DNA of 64,000 nucleotides from Psilocybe cubensis (Eukaryota): NCBI GenBank assembly GCA_017499595.2, contig CM038999.1, positions 3,844,001 to 3,908,000 of the forward strand, read 5' to 3'. Shown piece by piece: positions 29,070 to 41,976 of this stretch (position 1 is its first letter; each line of letters starts with the position of its first letter). The notes under the pieces were generated by a model. It saw only the letters and a program-made list of their open reading frames with translations, ran no database searches and was not told where the DNA came from. The position numbers and the translations under genes were made by a program.

Positions 29070-29811
29070 GATTGAGTTGCAAAGTGGATGGTATGAGTGA
29101 ATCGAGTTTGACCTAAATGTCGGGCAGCCTAAATACTGCTACTTATTCCTTGCGTTTGTTCAAAGCGGGGATAGCGCTGATTACATTTCGATGGATGGAC
29201 AGCGTCCAGGTACCCATCATATACGTTAGGAAGTCAAAGATGCGTGGCAGGTCCTGCTTTCTGTATTGACAGCTGTGATCCGGAACACCACAAAATTTCA
29301 CGACTCCCAGGTTGCGGTTACAATTGGTTTGACCGCCGTGAGATTGATTTGATGTATATAAAAGATTGCCATGATCAAAATGCAGGCACAGGAAAGATAG
29401 GCAGGTGTGCAAAAGGGCGGAGGAAACAAGGAGGAAGTGAACTTTGAACGCGTCGAGGCGTGTGGCATTGTCCGGAAACATTTATCTTCCGATAAGAGTC
29501 AATTATCAAATTGTATAAGCGCTTTGATTGCCTAAAGAACGTAAATGGTCCTGAACTATTATCAATCAAGTATTCTTCATCCACCGAACTGGTACAACTC
29601 GAAAATGTTACTGATGGTACATATCCTTGATGTCGATTGGCACACGATTCGTGCGTTTGACAGGAAGAATGGAACCAAGTTGATCACTCCAACATCTCGC
29701 GTACCTGGTCCCGGGAGTTGATAACCAGATACCTTGTTGCGCTGAAATTTACACATAAGCTGAATAACAGCGATCGTTTGTCCTGTGACAAAAACATCCA
29801 TTCTTTCAAAC

Positions 29812-30694
29812 ATGGCAGGCTACTTTATGGACGCTGGTGAGCAAAAGATTGAATCTCTGAAAGCAAAGCAACTGATATCTCCAAGCACTCATCCTTGCTG
29901 GAGTGATATCAGCATTTGGTAGGCGCTTGATTTTATATACTAATATTGACAACTGATTGTCGGCTTTGCACAGAGGATGAACATAATAAGGAAAGAAAAG
30001 ACCGTGCGCACGACCTTGCTCACAGCCTCCAAGACATATCGGAGCGGATACACAGTACCTACACATCTGTTTTGGATCTTCTATCCAAAGGCTCTTCCGA
30101 CATCGCTATCTGGAAAGCGGCCATTTCCGATAAAGGCATCCAAACCATAAACAAAGAAATAAAATATTTTGAAGAATTTCAGGTTCCCAACATGAATATC
30201 ACAGAATCGAATATGTATGCCGCCTATGTTTTTTCAGCTCCAGGTATTGGGTTTTCTGAAGCTTTCCTGTAGAAACATATATGCTTTATTTTACCTCAGA
30301 TTTCTGATGAGGAAGCTTGAGCTCCGAACTCAAGGTTTTTTGACGTCCATCAAGAGTACTCTTCCTCCCGTCGCAGAGATCAAGGCGGCCATGGGTACAT
30401 TCGACGATTTAGTAAAGAACGGCGAGATAACCAAAGAGAAAGCAGAACAGGGAAAGCAGAAGGTACTGGCTGAGTATCACGGTATAGACATCCAGGTAAT
30501 CGTAGTTTTCTGCAATGTTGACAATAGGATTTTGATCTTATCTCACACAGCTGCCGAGTCTCCCGTCAAATAGGTCTATATACGATGAACTTCATCAAAG
30601 GGATGTCACCACTAAAGTGTACATGGGAGGAGACCCCTCATTCGAAGACACGGAGAAATGGGTTATATCAATAGAAGATGGCAGTGCTAAATAG
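29812..30694 (+). CDS. Short helical protein A (~220 aa, 5 exons), internally shortened paralog of 27735-29069
   Basis: Spliced: MAGYFMDAALILAGVISAFEDEHNKERKDRAHDLAHSLQDISERI...NIYALFYLRFLMRKLELRTQG...LPSLPSNRSIYDELHQRDVTTKVYMGGDPSFEDTEKWVISIEDGSAK*. Confidence 0.8.
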
Positions 30695-31489
30695 ACCACT
30701 CTCATATTTTCAGGTGTTCATTTTTCGGGAAATGTTATTCTCTTGAAACATATATAATGATCGACGAGGCGATAGTTGATGTTTTGGAGTCCATACCACA
30801 CTGCTGCTGTCAGAGATACCGATAAATATAGATATCATGTCGAAGTCTGGAAGCTCATACAACCCGTATCCGCGTTCCGCTGCCCCACATTTTCACAAGC
30901 CCAAATATGACCAATGAGGAGGATAAAAACATGTACCTGTACCTTCATTGATATCGTATGGTTCAGCAAAAACTATATCAAGATCATTTGATCGATGGAG
31001 CTGGCATCCGTGGCTTCCAGGTCACAGTACATTATACTTTGAAGGGATACTAGGAGCTCCGTGTTCAGCTCCGTCCGTTTTCTTGTAGCGCCAGAAAGCA
31101 TATAAAATTAGAAGCATTTTATAGCTACATTTGTTGAGCCGGGATTGTCATAACGTTGGAAATTCTCCAGTTATCCCAGGTTATTTCCACGACGGCTCCC
31201 TGTACAGACTTCGAGATGTTCAAGATTTGAGTTAGCGTGGCGAACGTGCCTAAATTTATGTCAGATGATTGTACCTCTTCGAGCCATCAAAGCCAGCGTT
31301 TACACTCGAAATATCAAACCCTTGACAGGAAGCATGGAACAAAGCTGATAACTCAGGAGTCAGGTTTACGTTCCTGGTCTCGGAAAATAATAATCCTTTT
31401 TCTTGTCACGCAAATTTGCAGATAAAAGGATCACCGGCAATGACTGATACACATCCACTTAAAATTTCTTGTATTTCTTTCAATTCAAT

Positions 31490-32355
31490 ATGGCGGGCAT
31501 CGCTGTCGAAGTTGGTGAGCAAAAGATTTAAACGTTTCGAACTAATGCTCATCGAACCCATTAAAGGATTACTGCTGGCCGGATTGATAGCTTCGAGTCG
31601 TAAGCCTTGGATATAGTGGTATCGCACAGCTATGAGGCTTTAACAGCTGGCATTTTACGCAGAGGAAGAGAAGAACACGAACAAAAGGGATCGCTTGTCT
31701 GATCTTGGTAATACACTTCAGGACATGTCAGCGCGACTACGCGGAACGTACGAGTCGGCGGAGGCTTTACTACCCAAAGATGAATCGGAAGTCGTCATCT
31801 GGAAAGCCGCTATATCTGAGAAAGGGGTGATAACAATAAGTAAAGCAATCCACAACTTTAGCGATTTCCTATTTCCCAGTGCAAATCTGAACACGATGTA
31901 TGTCGCTACATGCACTTTAACTAACAATGCTATTTGCTGACGGTCTTCTGTAGTAGTATAGCCGATCTCTTTTACCGCAGGTTTCTCATGAGGAAGCTTG
32001 AAATCCAAGTACAAGGTATTCTAGCGTGCGTCAAGAAGGCACTTCCTCCCGTCACGGAGATCAGGACCGCCCTGGGTACGTTCGATGATTTGGTGAAGAG
32101 TGGAGAAATCAGCAAAGAGAAAGCGGAGCAAGCAAAACAGAAAGTGCTTGCGGAGTATCGCAGCGTAGACATTCAGGTAGGCGTGGTACACCCTGAAATT
32201 GACAGAACCATTAAGTATTCTTCCAACAGTTGCCGATCCTTCCGTCAAATCAGACCATATACGATGAGCTCCATCAGAGGGATGTTACCACCAAGGTGTA
32301 TATGGATGAGGACCCGTCCCTCGCAGACACAGAGAAATGGCTTTCAACAATCTGA
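31490..32355 (+). CDS. Short helical protein B (~210 aa, 5 exons), tandem duplicate of A
   Basis: Spliced: MAGIAVEVGLLLAGLIASSQEEKNTNKRDRLSDLGNTLQDMSARL...SIADLFYRRFLMRKLEIQVQG...LPILPSNQTIYDELHQRDVTTKVYMDEDPSLADTEKWLSTI*. Same exon structure as A. Confidence 0.8.
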
Positions 32356-32580
32356 GCGAGACTGTAGGATATTTTTTATGAATTTCGAGTTGCCCAAATT
32401 TTTTGTCGGTCTTGTTGTCGTGCGATCCATCTTTGTTGCCTGAAACTGCAATGATACTTTGGTTGGTTAGAAGCCACAGGTCTATGGCGTCTTCAGGCTA
32501 CCAAATTTAATTCCAGTTGCTCATGATGCACCAAGTACGTCCACGGTATCCTCGGTTAAGGTGAGCCATTTTCACTGGGG

Positions 32581-32911
32581 CTATTTACGAGGATGATCTT
32601 TTATCCATCTTGCCACCACCTGAGGCATGGGACATGCTGTTGACTCTCCCTTCCCTTTCGTTTGATCGTACATACGCTGACAGCATTCGTAGAGATTTCT
32701 CAAGTGCCGGTCGCATTTTTCGGGGGAGTAAGTGTGCTTTTTCAAGCAGTCATGTAGTGAGCATGCTGGAAATGTGAATGTGAATACATTAATGGATTCG
32801 GTAATCAGAAAAATCATACCTTCGGTCTGGCAAGGTGGATCCTGTCCAATTGAAGTCATAAATACACGAATGGTCAGTGCATCCACATACACTTACGTCG
32901 TTGGTGGCCAT
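32581..32911 (-). CDS. CMC4: Twin CX9C mitochondrial intermembrane-space protein, CMC4/MTCP1 family
   Basis: DPPCQTEACSLHDCLKKHTYSPEKCDRHLRNLYECCQRMY...STACP cysteine pattern; short 5' exons. Confidence 0.8.
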
Positions 32912-33835
32912 TTTGATTTGTGTTTTGTCCTTGAAAACTTAAAGAGTCGTGGATTGGGTCGTGGAAGTGCGTGAATGAGCCTGCAAGAAATGACATCAAG
33001 CCCACTGTCATAGACGGACATGCTGTGCTGAATATTTGGCTGTGTTTAATTGCTGACTAAGCTATGCGGCCCAGTTTCTTTCAACGCAATCGTCATGATC
33101 AAGGTGTGTCCTTCTGCAAAACATCATCCACACTAAGCTCAACTTTGGGTGTAGCGACATAACCATTATGCATATCCAAGAATTCCAAAGCTGCTTCAGA
33201 ACTGGATATAATGGCAACTAGAGAACGGGGCCTGACTCCAAATTGATCATCCGCAGTTGGCGCTGATGATTCCAGTGATCTTGGAGGAACAAGCAGTGAC
33301 TAGTGACTAGTGAACAAACACTGATGCAGTGATATATCGAAACCAAATACGGTTCCTACTTCCGGTACGCCCGAGTCTCTGGCTATAAATTCTGAAGGAC
33401 ACTTGCCTATTGACTTATCAACTCTTTTATTAGCTCACTCAGTATGAGGAATGGCGGCAAACCAAAAAAACATGATTTCTGATTGTCATTTATAGATGCT
33501 CTTGCGGCTTTCTCACCTTGTACTTCTGCTTACAAAAAATAACCTGAAGGATTCCGCGAACAGTACCCCTTCAACCTCGTTACTGCGGCATTTTTTTCTC
33601 ACGTGCTGCCTGCAAGTCTGCGTTGAAACGGTGTATTTTTGCCAGCCTCCAACCTTCCAAGGCTATGTTAAAACGCCAAGATGTACAACTTTGCGGCTAT
33701 GGCATATTCTATTTGGGCATACTAGGCTGGTCCGGTCGTCATAAATACTCGACAAGATGGTAGTTAGCCGTCTCTGCCTCTTTTTCTAATCAACTCTTCT
33801 CTCTCCGACCTAAGTCTCTCGCTCCTACTCAGACG

Positions 33836-35332
33836 ATGTCGTTGTCCTCAAGCTTTCGGGCAACAGCTTCACCAACATCATTTGAGTTCGATCCCAGCGA
33901 CTTTGCGGATGAAATCGATTCTTCAACTTCAAGTCGTACTTCTACTAGTTCAACCTTCGTAACTTCTGCGGTAGTGTCGTCTTCTGCTTCACAGATCTTT
34001 TTTACATCCGCTTCCTCTGCACGGCTTTCTCCATCAACCAATATCGCATTTCGCACTCAGACTCAGACTGCTGGTTCTTTGTCCCCTTCAATATCCTCTC
34101 TTCCAACAAACACGCCACAGACATCATCGAGTTCGTCTAGTGGATTGGGACAGGGTGAAGTTGCTTTGATTGCTGGAGGTAGCCTTCTCTTTCTTTTGGG
34201 ACTGGCGGCTGCCATAATAATTTTCCTCCGTCACCGACGCAATCGAGCTTTGGGACGGTCTGGATCTCGATCAAAACAGAACGGATTTGAGGAGAAATAC
34301 GCAGATGAGGCGCAGTATACATCATATTCTGTGTATCGAAAGTCCCTGTCGGACCCTGGCATGGCACCACTGCTAAGGATTCCATCCATTGGGCAACTTA
34401 GCAAGATCCACTCGGATAGTGACGCTGAGAGTCACCTGTACCAAGACGGTCCTCATTCTCCGTTTACCAACGAAGGGGAAAACGTCGCACCTACACATGC
34501 CGTGACAATGGCCGAGTCAACTCCTCCTAGGCCATCACAGGATGGGCAATTTGAAGCCGTCTCACTGATCCCTGTAGTTGGAACTTCTTCAACCTCGCGC
34601 TCCGTCCCAAAATTGCCGCCACTCCAAATTCCAGAATACCGCACCACCCCACCTCCCGTGAGAGGATCTTCTTTGCGAAGCAAAAGTCCTGTTCAGCAGG
34701 CACCACTTGAAGTACATGATTCAGGTTGCGATTCGGACGACTCAGCGTCCCTTTATTCTCAAGCATCTGCTTCTACACAGCGCACTACCAGATCGTATGC
34801 CGCGTTGAGACAAGGCGTCATCCCGACACTTCAATACCCATCCATGCCGCTTCCTTCGATTCCGCAGTCGCCTTCACATAAACCTTCAGGCGCAGTCAAC
34901 CCCGCGCAACCCATACGGGAATCGGTCACCGTGAACACATTACCAACCCCGCCTGAGTTTGGCATTACCCAAAATGACAAGGTAGAGGAGGCCAACGGAG
35001 GAATCGAAGTTGACGAAACTCTGTTTGTCGCCAAACTTCTCCAATCACGGCAGAGTCGGGTGCCGAACGCCGTGCCGACTCGCAACGCCAGTATAGTGTC
35101 GCATATTGAACGAGCAGATTCCATTAAGCCTGCTCTGGGACGAGGGGCTGGATCGCGACATAAACGTGCCCGGCGGGCTAGGGATGTTGTTAATTCGCAG
35201 GTCCTGGCTCAGTCTCCGACAGATTACATGACGCCGAGCGCGTATTTGACATCTTCAACGTCCAATCCTTCCCAATCGTCCATGTCGGGCGTTGCACCTT
35301 TGTCTATCAACAAAAATACGAGGCCAGAGTGA
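33836..35332 (+). CDS. Ser/Thr-rich single-pass membrane protein with a disordered cytoplasmic tail (Mid2/mucin-like architecture); a 5' exon may be missing
   Basis: S/T-rich N-terminus, TM helix ALIAGGSLLFLLGLAAAIIIFL followed by the basic stop-transfer RHRRNR, and a P/S-rich tail. Confidence 0.75.
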   Translation: MSLSSSFRATASPTSFEFDPSDFADEIDSSTSSRTSTSSTFVTSAVVSSSASQIFFTSASSARLSPSTNIAFRTQTQTAGSLSPSISSLPTNTPQTSSSSSSGLGQGEVALIAGGSLLFLLGLAAAIIIFLRHRRNRALGRSGSRSKQNGFEEKYADEAQYTSYSVYRKSLSDPGMAPLLRIPSIGQLSKIHSDSDAESHLYQDGPHSPFTNEGENVAPTHAVTMAESTPPRPSQDGQFEAVSLIPVVGTSSTSRSVPKLPPLQIPEYRTTPPPVRGSSLRSKSPVQQAPLEVHDSGCDSDDSASLYSQASASTQRTTRSYAALRQGVIPTLQYPSMPLPSIPQSPSHKPSGAVNPAQPIRESVTVNTLPTPPEFGITQNDKVEEANGGIEVDETLFVAKLLQSRQSRVPNAVPTRNASIVSHIERADSIKPALGRGAGSRHKRARRARDVVNSQVLAQSPTDYMTPSAYLTSSTSNPSQSSMSGVAPLSINKNTRPE

Positions 35333-35861
35333 AGTGGACCATCACAAAACGTCGATCCAGTATCCTTGACGACTTGCTGAATTTCTTGTTTTGCTTTCTG
35401 TTCTTTTCCACAATCCTTTATCGATTTATATCTCATGGACCTTTCTTTATAATTCGAGTTTTCAACGTAATGGTAACTGTACATCGCCTTTCTAGTTATC
35501 GTTTGTTATTGGTACCATTTATCGTTCACTGTACACACTCTTTTTTAAATTTCTATCACACAAGAACTCTGCACGTTCACTTTGGACTTGTATCAATAGC
35601 ATAGTTAGATTGTAATATACTTCCATACCATATGTCATAAATGATCAAATTGTCCTCGAGACGGTTATTCTAAGCACCCAATAATTTTCGCTTTCAACTT
35701 TGTATGTGCAATTTGTGACTTGTCAGAGCAAATATCGTTCGACGCGGAACATTAGCGGACATCGTAAGTCGCCTATGACGCTTCTGAAACTATTCGGACT
35801 TTAAAAATGTATGCATAAACGGCTGGCCGGTGTTCGCGAGCATGGGCTCTACAGCATCAAT

Positions 35862-37795
35862 CTATCTACACTTTTGTATTCTTTTTGATACGGAGATAAA
35901 TGACAGAGCAAGTCCACCGATACTTGTGGCCACCGCCATTGCACCTACACAAAATGTCAGTAGTAAGTGGCTGCCAAATTTAGTACAGGTTGGTAACATT
36001 TAAAGCTTACCGACAAACATTTCAACTCTCAAGAAACCAAAGCCTCCATATCTAGCAGGGGAATCATTGTTGCTATCGCGTAGGGTCGCCGCTATAGCAG
36101 GTCCTACAATAGCTCCTATGCCTTTTACGATAGCAAAGGTCCCCATCATTAAGCTTGTGACTTCATTTCGAGTTCCTAATAAACAAATGGTAAGTAATGT
36201 TATATACACAAAATTGATGTTTACTTGCCACCTATTTCTGACGCAGCGGCAGGCCATGTTCCAGGAAATCCGCCGTTCTGACACAATAAGCGTGTTAGAG
36301 CACATGGGTAAAAAATGGCAAGCGTGGATACGTACAAAACCACCAAATACCACCGTAAAGGCAAAAATAATACCGAGTGTGGACGCATATCCCCAAAGTA
36401 GCAGAGCAGCCAATGCACTGACAAACCCACTTGTAAAAATTACGTACGAGTACGGGAATGAATCGCAGATTCGGCCAAAGAGCACATAGCAGATAACGGA
36501 CGCAGCATTGAAAAGTGCAAGTGTTACGGTCGAAGTGAAGGTTCCAGCTGAGAGATACGATGTGTATGTTGTGAGAAATATGCTGACAGGATAGAACCCT
36601 AGAGCTTGCACAGAATTGATAACCATCTAGATGAATTAAAGTGCATTAATTTTAAAAGATTCAAATCAATGGCTCAAGTAGCCTCACCATGCACAGAAAT
36701 ACAGGATTTCTAAAGGGAGACAAATCTTTTGGAAACCACGGCTTTCTATGAAGATATGTTATAGGCTTGCGCAGAGGTAATCGTGGATTGACTCCAAGAA
36801 GTGCGATACCGCCACAGACGCCCAATACAAGTCCAAAAGTTCTATAAATAGAGAAACTTTAGCGAAACAATACTTTCAATGTACTGTGGTCAAACGCACC
36901 GGATTGCCCATCCAAATCCAACGTTTTTTAAAAGATAACCCATGGCTATAGGAAGAACAAAGCCTCCCACGCCTGAGCCACCAAAAATAATTCCACCTGC
37001 AAGTCCTCGACGTTCGACGAACCAGTCTGACAGCCATATCAGAATGGGCGCGTAAAACACCCCCGCTCCAATACCGAAGACGATGCCTTGGAGTATGATC
37101 AACTGCCACACCTAATATTTTTTTCTCGTAAAATTTCTTGGTAACATTCTGTAGCGGAGTACCTTGGTAGCAAAACTTGACAAAATCAAGGCGCCGACGC
37201 ACATCGCTAGAGATGCCCACATTGACGGCTTAGGAAGCTCTGGGTATCTTTGGAATACTAACATGGCTAAATTAGTTAATGAGTTGGCATTCGATGAATT
37301 TTGGCATACGAGCAATGATTAATATCACTTCAATGTATTGAATCGCGACAGAAGTCGTGCCAATAATTGATATTTCACCAGAAGAAGCGGCATCAAAAGG
37401 GGGATGCGTAGCGTAGTATTCTGACCGCTAGATTGAGCGTACCATCGCAGAATGAATGGAATCTGGCACACCTTGAAAAAGTCCGTAAGTATTATTCCAC
37501 CCCCAGATGAATGAATCAAAAATGCATGCTGAGAATACAAATATCCATGCTTGTCGCCCCTTTATACCATACGTCATAAAACGCAGCATACTAGTATTTT
37601 AGAACTCACGTTATCCACAGGAGCTAGGCCCATGTCCAATTCTGAAGGCTCCCCAGGACTAGTCTCCACCTCGACCTCCAGCACGTTTGTAGCTAGACAT
37701 TTCGAGCACGTATGTTGGCTTTTCTCCAGTTTCTCTTTCGTGTGATTGGCCAAGAAGTCTCTGGAAGAGCTTGAGTAATTTACGGACGTGGACAT
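35862..37795 (-). CDS. MFS transporter, monocarboxylate porter (MCH)-like; multi-exon
   Basis: WQLIILQGIVFGIGAGVFYAPILIWLSDWFVERRGLAGGIIFGGSGVGG, LALFNAASVICYVLFGRICD and multiple TM helices. Confidence 0.85.
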
Positions 37796-38572
37796 GACGG
37801 GAAAAGGTGGTACTCATTTTAACATACAGTCTATATAAATATGCGAAGTATTATGAATGACAGATTAGAATGAGCATACATGGTACCCAACCTCTTGTGT
37901 GCCATTCAGCCAACTACACTAGATTCGTGATGGCAATACTCTTGGTATATTTACTTCCACGAAGAGACTCACTCATCGAGATTTAATGTCCTTAGCGCTG
38001 CTATTGAGAGAGAGTATGGCACTGTTTCGTCGCTATGGTTGGTATACATGTTTAAGAGTTCAACGTTTGAGCTTTACACAGTTCTCGGTCGCATAAAAGT
38101 AGAAAACATAAAAAGAAGCACCAGAGTTACTCATAGCGTTGGCGTTGAAATTTTAGCGTAACCGAACGATCAACATACCCTCCAATTTGAGAAGAAAATA
38201 GTTTTAGGAATGCTGTTAGATTTTTTGTTTTCAAAGCTCGAGTTTCGTAAATGCTCATCGGTACTTTTTTGCGTCTTCGAATTTTATGTTGTGCTTCATG
38301 AAATTCATCACCCGTGTATGTGTCTACCAACACCATGTGGTTGAACATGCCGCGAGTGATCCGCGTAAAAATATGGAAAATATGACTTTGTAACTCACGC
38401 AGTCAACACGACGCGAGTTAACTGAGTTGACAACTTGTGTGAATCCATCAGTATCACGCTCAAGTCTTTGAAGGCTGTATCGCTTCATGATGGGCGTTCT
38501 GGTCGCTTTTAAGGATGGAAATCTTTCTCCTCTTGTACCGAAATCACCCCCAGCCCTGGCTGAAAAACTGCG

Positions 38573-40880
38573 ATGAAGAGTTTCCTGCTGACTCCTATCC
38601 AGGTATGTGTCGACGTTGGGCAGTCTTCTGTTTCTGACATTTGTTTTAAAGTTTGTATGTGGAAACATCTTCCATTTGGCTGAACTTGTCTCTGAAGGAC
38701 TGGATATTGGAGGAAAGGCCAGAAAATGGAAGAGAAATTTCCAAAAGACTCAGAGGGTAGCTGCAGAAAAATCGAAAGTTGCGTTCTTTCATGTTGCCAT
38801 TCATCTATCAGGGAAAAGGCCCACCGAGTCTCCAACACCCCATCTGCTGTGGTCCAACCATGTACCTAACGAATCTGAAGTTAGGGTTATCAAAGACTTC
38901 ATCCACCATTCAGAGGTCGAAATGGAACACTACTTGGAACAGCTGAAGGTGAAGAAAACCTGGAGGAAACTTACGTTGTTCAGATATAACGAAACAAAGA
39001 AATTTATGTCCGAGCATAAAGCCATCATCTCGCCGATAAGGCGGCTGCCTCCTGAAATGATTTTGCAACTAATCTTCATACATGCCATCGAAGCGGAACC
39101 AGAAAGGATGGCATGGCACTGCATGTCGAGCGTGCCATACGGAATTGCCCAGGTTTCGTCTGTCTGGAGAAAGATTGCATTGAATACGCCTGATCTCTGG
39201 ACACGCATACCTACTATTCCGATAGAGAGGCTTTTCACCACCAAACCCCAATTTCTGGCCTTCCTATCCGCAATCATATCCAGGACCGGTGCTGCGCCAC
39301 TGGAACTCTCCTTCTATGGTCCTGATTATATGGCGTCAGACGGCTCTCATCCTGCTGTCAACATGCTCATCGAACATTCCTCGAGATGGAAATCACTAAC
39401 GATTGAAATTTCTTCCCTGGAGCTATCAATATTTGACGCAATCAAAGGCCGACTCCCAATGTTAGAGACACTGGTCATTCGAGGGTGGTACTTCATATCC
39501 CCGATCTCGGCTTTTCCCATTGACATTTTTCATGATTCGCCACGTCTACGAGAAGTTTCACTATTTCATGTGAAATCAAAAATGTTAAACCTTCCTTTCC
39601 ACCAGCTAGTCAGATATGAACAAGAAGAAGGTCATCCAGAGCAACTCAACCTTTTGTTCAACTCTTCACAGCTCTCAACGTTCAAGACCCTGTCGTTACG
39701 TGCAGCCTATGGATTTCATGTTTCATTGCCAAGTCCCTTCGTCACCTTGACTTCTCTTACCACCTTGATGTTACGTTCCCAATCGTCGGAAACCCATCAT
39801 TGGCACCTGTTAGACCAATTGGTTCTTCCCGTACTTGAAGAATTGTTGTTTGATTCTGAACGTGTTCCATCCAGTACCAAAAGGTATCCGTCTGAACCAA
39901 TTTTTGCTCTCATAACACGTGGACCACGACCGCGCCCGTTGAAAAAGCTTTACATACGCTCCCTGTCCACCAGCAACTCCGGAGGCCTAATTGCGTTGCT
40001 GCGGCAACTTCCATTTCTAACCCACTTGACCACGGACATGCAGCATGCGAGCGACCTTCAAAGCATTGCGCATGCCGGAACGCAAATTATTCCCAATCTT
40101 CGAAGCTGTTCTTTTTTCGCAGATGAATTATTGTCTGAGCAATGTTCTGAGCTGTGTCGCACTCTTGCTGCCAACCGATGCGAGAAACAGCACACCGAGT
40201 TTGTCGATAATTCAAGCTACAGCATTCCAGCTTTACACATTCACTTCCCCGACGATCATATCGCATCCGATCAACAGAAAATTTTGCAACAATGGTCGGA
40301 CACCGCATCATCACTCAAACTAAGAGAGCTACGAAAATCTATCATCGGCTGTCTCCCTGAATTGACTTTATATTCCAGACGCAAACCCTCGTCTAGACTT
40401 CGAAGGCAAGCGTCTTTCCTCCTTTCGTCTGTCAGAGAAGTCAACATTAACAACGCCAACGAAATATACGTGAGTTAAACATCTGCTTTATACTGTTCAT
40501 GTCCATGCCAACACATTGGTTCCAGGTATCGGGAATCCATAAGACCCTTCATCGAATATCTACCGTATTTGCAGGATCTTCAACCAGCGATTCGCATCTT
40601 AGTGATTTGGCCAAACTCGCTCTAGAGCAATGGGAATCCAAATTCAATGCTTCACATGATGATTTCCGGTGGTTGACCTTATTTCCTAAATCGTTGACTT
40701 ATATTTCAAGCTTCAATGGTACGTTGGTGAATAGCACTTAATTAACGTGACTAAATACTTTCCACCTCTTTAGATATTCGTGCGTCGACCAAGGCGGTGG
40801 AAAAGATAATATTTGGAGAACTTGAGGGTATAATTATCCCTCAGTCTGATACGCCCTGGCCATCACATCGATTTTCTTGA
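38573..40880 (+). CDS. Agaricomycete F-box-like protein with LRR-like C-terminus
   Basis: IISPIRRLPPEMILQLIF...IAQVSSVWRKIALNTPDLWTRI, followed by LxxL repeats (LPMLETLVI, SPRLREVSL, LPVLEELLF); two 3' introns. Confidence 0.8.
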
Positions 40881-41976
40881 CGAGTGTTTGGCATATTAAT
40901 CAAAAGACCCAAGCAGCGACTTTCTTAATTTGAGCGAGTTAAATTATCAAGTAAGATTATACCTATTTATTGAATTGTTGCCACTTCACGGGTAACCAAA
41001 TCTCAATCCAAGAATTTGTTCTCCATGCAGTCAGATGCAGAAGCTAATTGAGTCCATGTCGCTGATGTCCTGGGGGTTAGATGTATGCTGGAAATTTATG
41101 TAGCATATTATGGGTGCCTTCGGTACTCGGTGTAGGTTCTCATGCCCCACCCGTTATTGGCAGATGGCATATCGAATTATCCTTCAAGATACGACCAACT
41201 ACGGGAATGTTGTTCACTCACGCCTAGTGCATAAATGTCGTTCAAGATACATATTATGCCTCGCCAACGTAAGTGACAGTGCGAATGGGCGCTTGTGGTG
41301 AACTCAGTGTCTACGGGTCAGCGCTATATACTTAGAATGCCGATCCCTTCAAGGCACGGTGAACGGTGCTCTTGGTATCTAAAAATAATCTGTCTTATAA
41401 AGGCATTGAACAGGACACAGCAACTTGTGAATCATAGTTAGCCGCAAGATAACCCTAGAGAAGAATTACCGTTGAAAATTTACATCTTCACCAAGCGAAT
41501 AAATCAAGGTATCCGAGCGACATGATGCACTAATGCGATACTATGCGATAGTGGCGTTCTTGACAAAGAAGCATCGGATGCAAATCAATGGCTTCTCTTC
41601 AAGCAAATGCTGTGCATAGTTACTACACAGGGGGATCCTGACTGATTCCTGGCCAATCAGCGTGAGATATGAGGGTGACAAATGAACCCAACATAGCGAT
41701 CTGATATACGTTGCTACTGTCGTCTAAGGGCAATATTAGAGTATGTCAGCCGACCTTCCCTTCCATTCCTACTTGATGTATACTAACCGTTATTTTGGGC
41801 GAATGAGTTCATACCTCTGATCTTAGAGGAGGGCATAAAAGAGAGGGCAATTTGCTTTACCATCTTCATCACTTCGTCCTTCGCTTTCTTCCTTTCAGAC
41901 CTGGTGTCTCTTCTATTTCCTTCTGCACTATTCACTTTCTTCTCTTTTTCATAACTTTTTCATAAGTGTTATTGCA

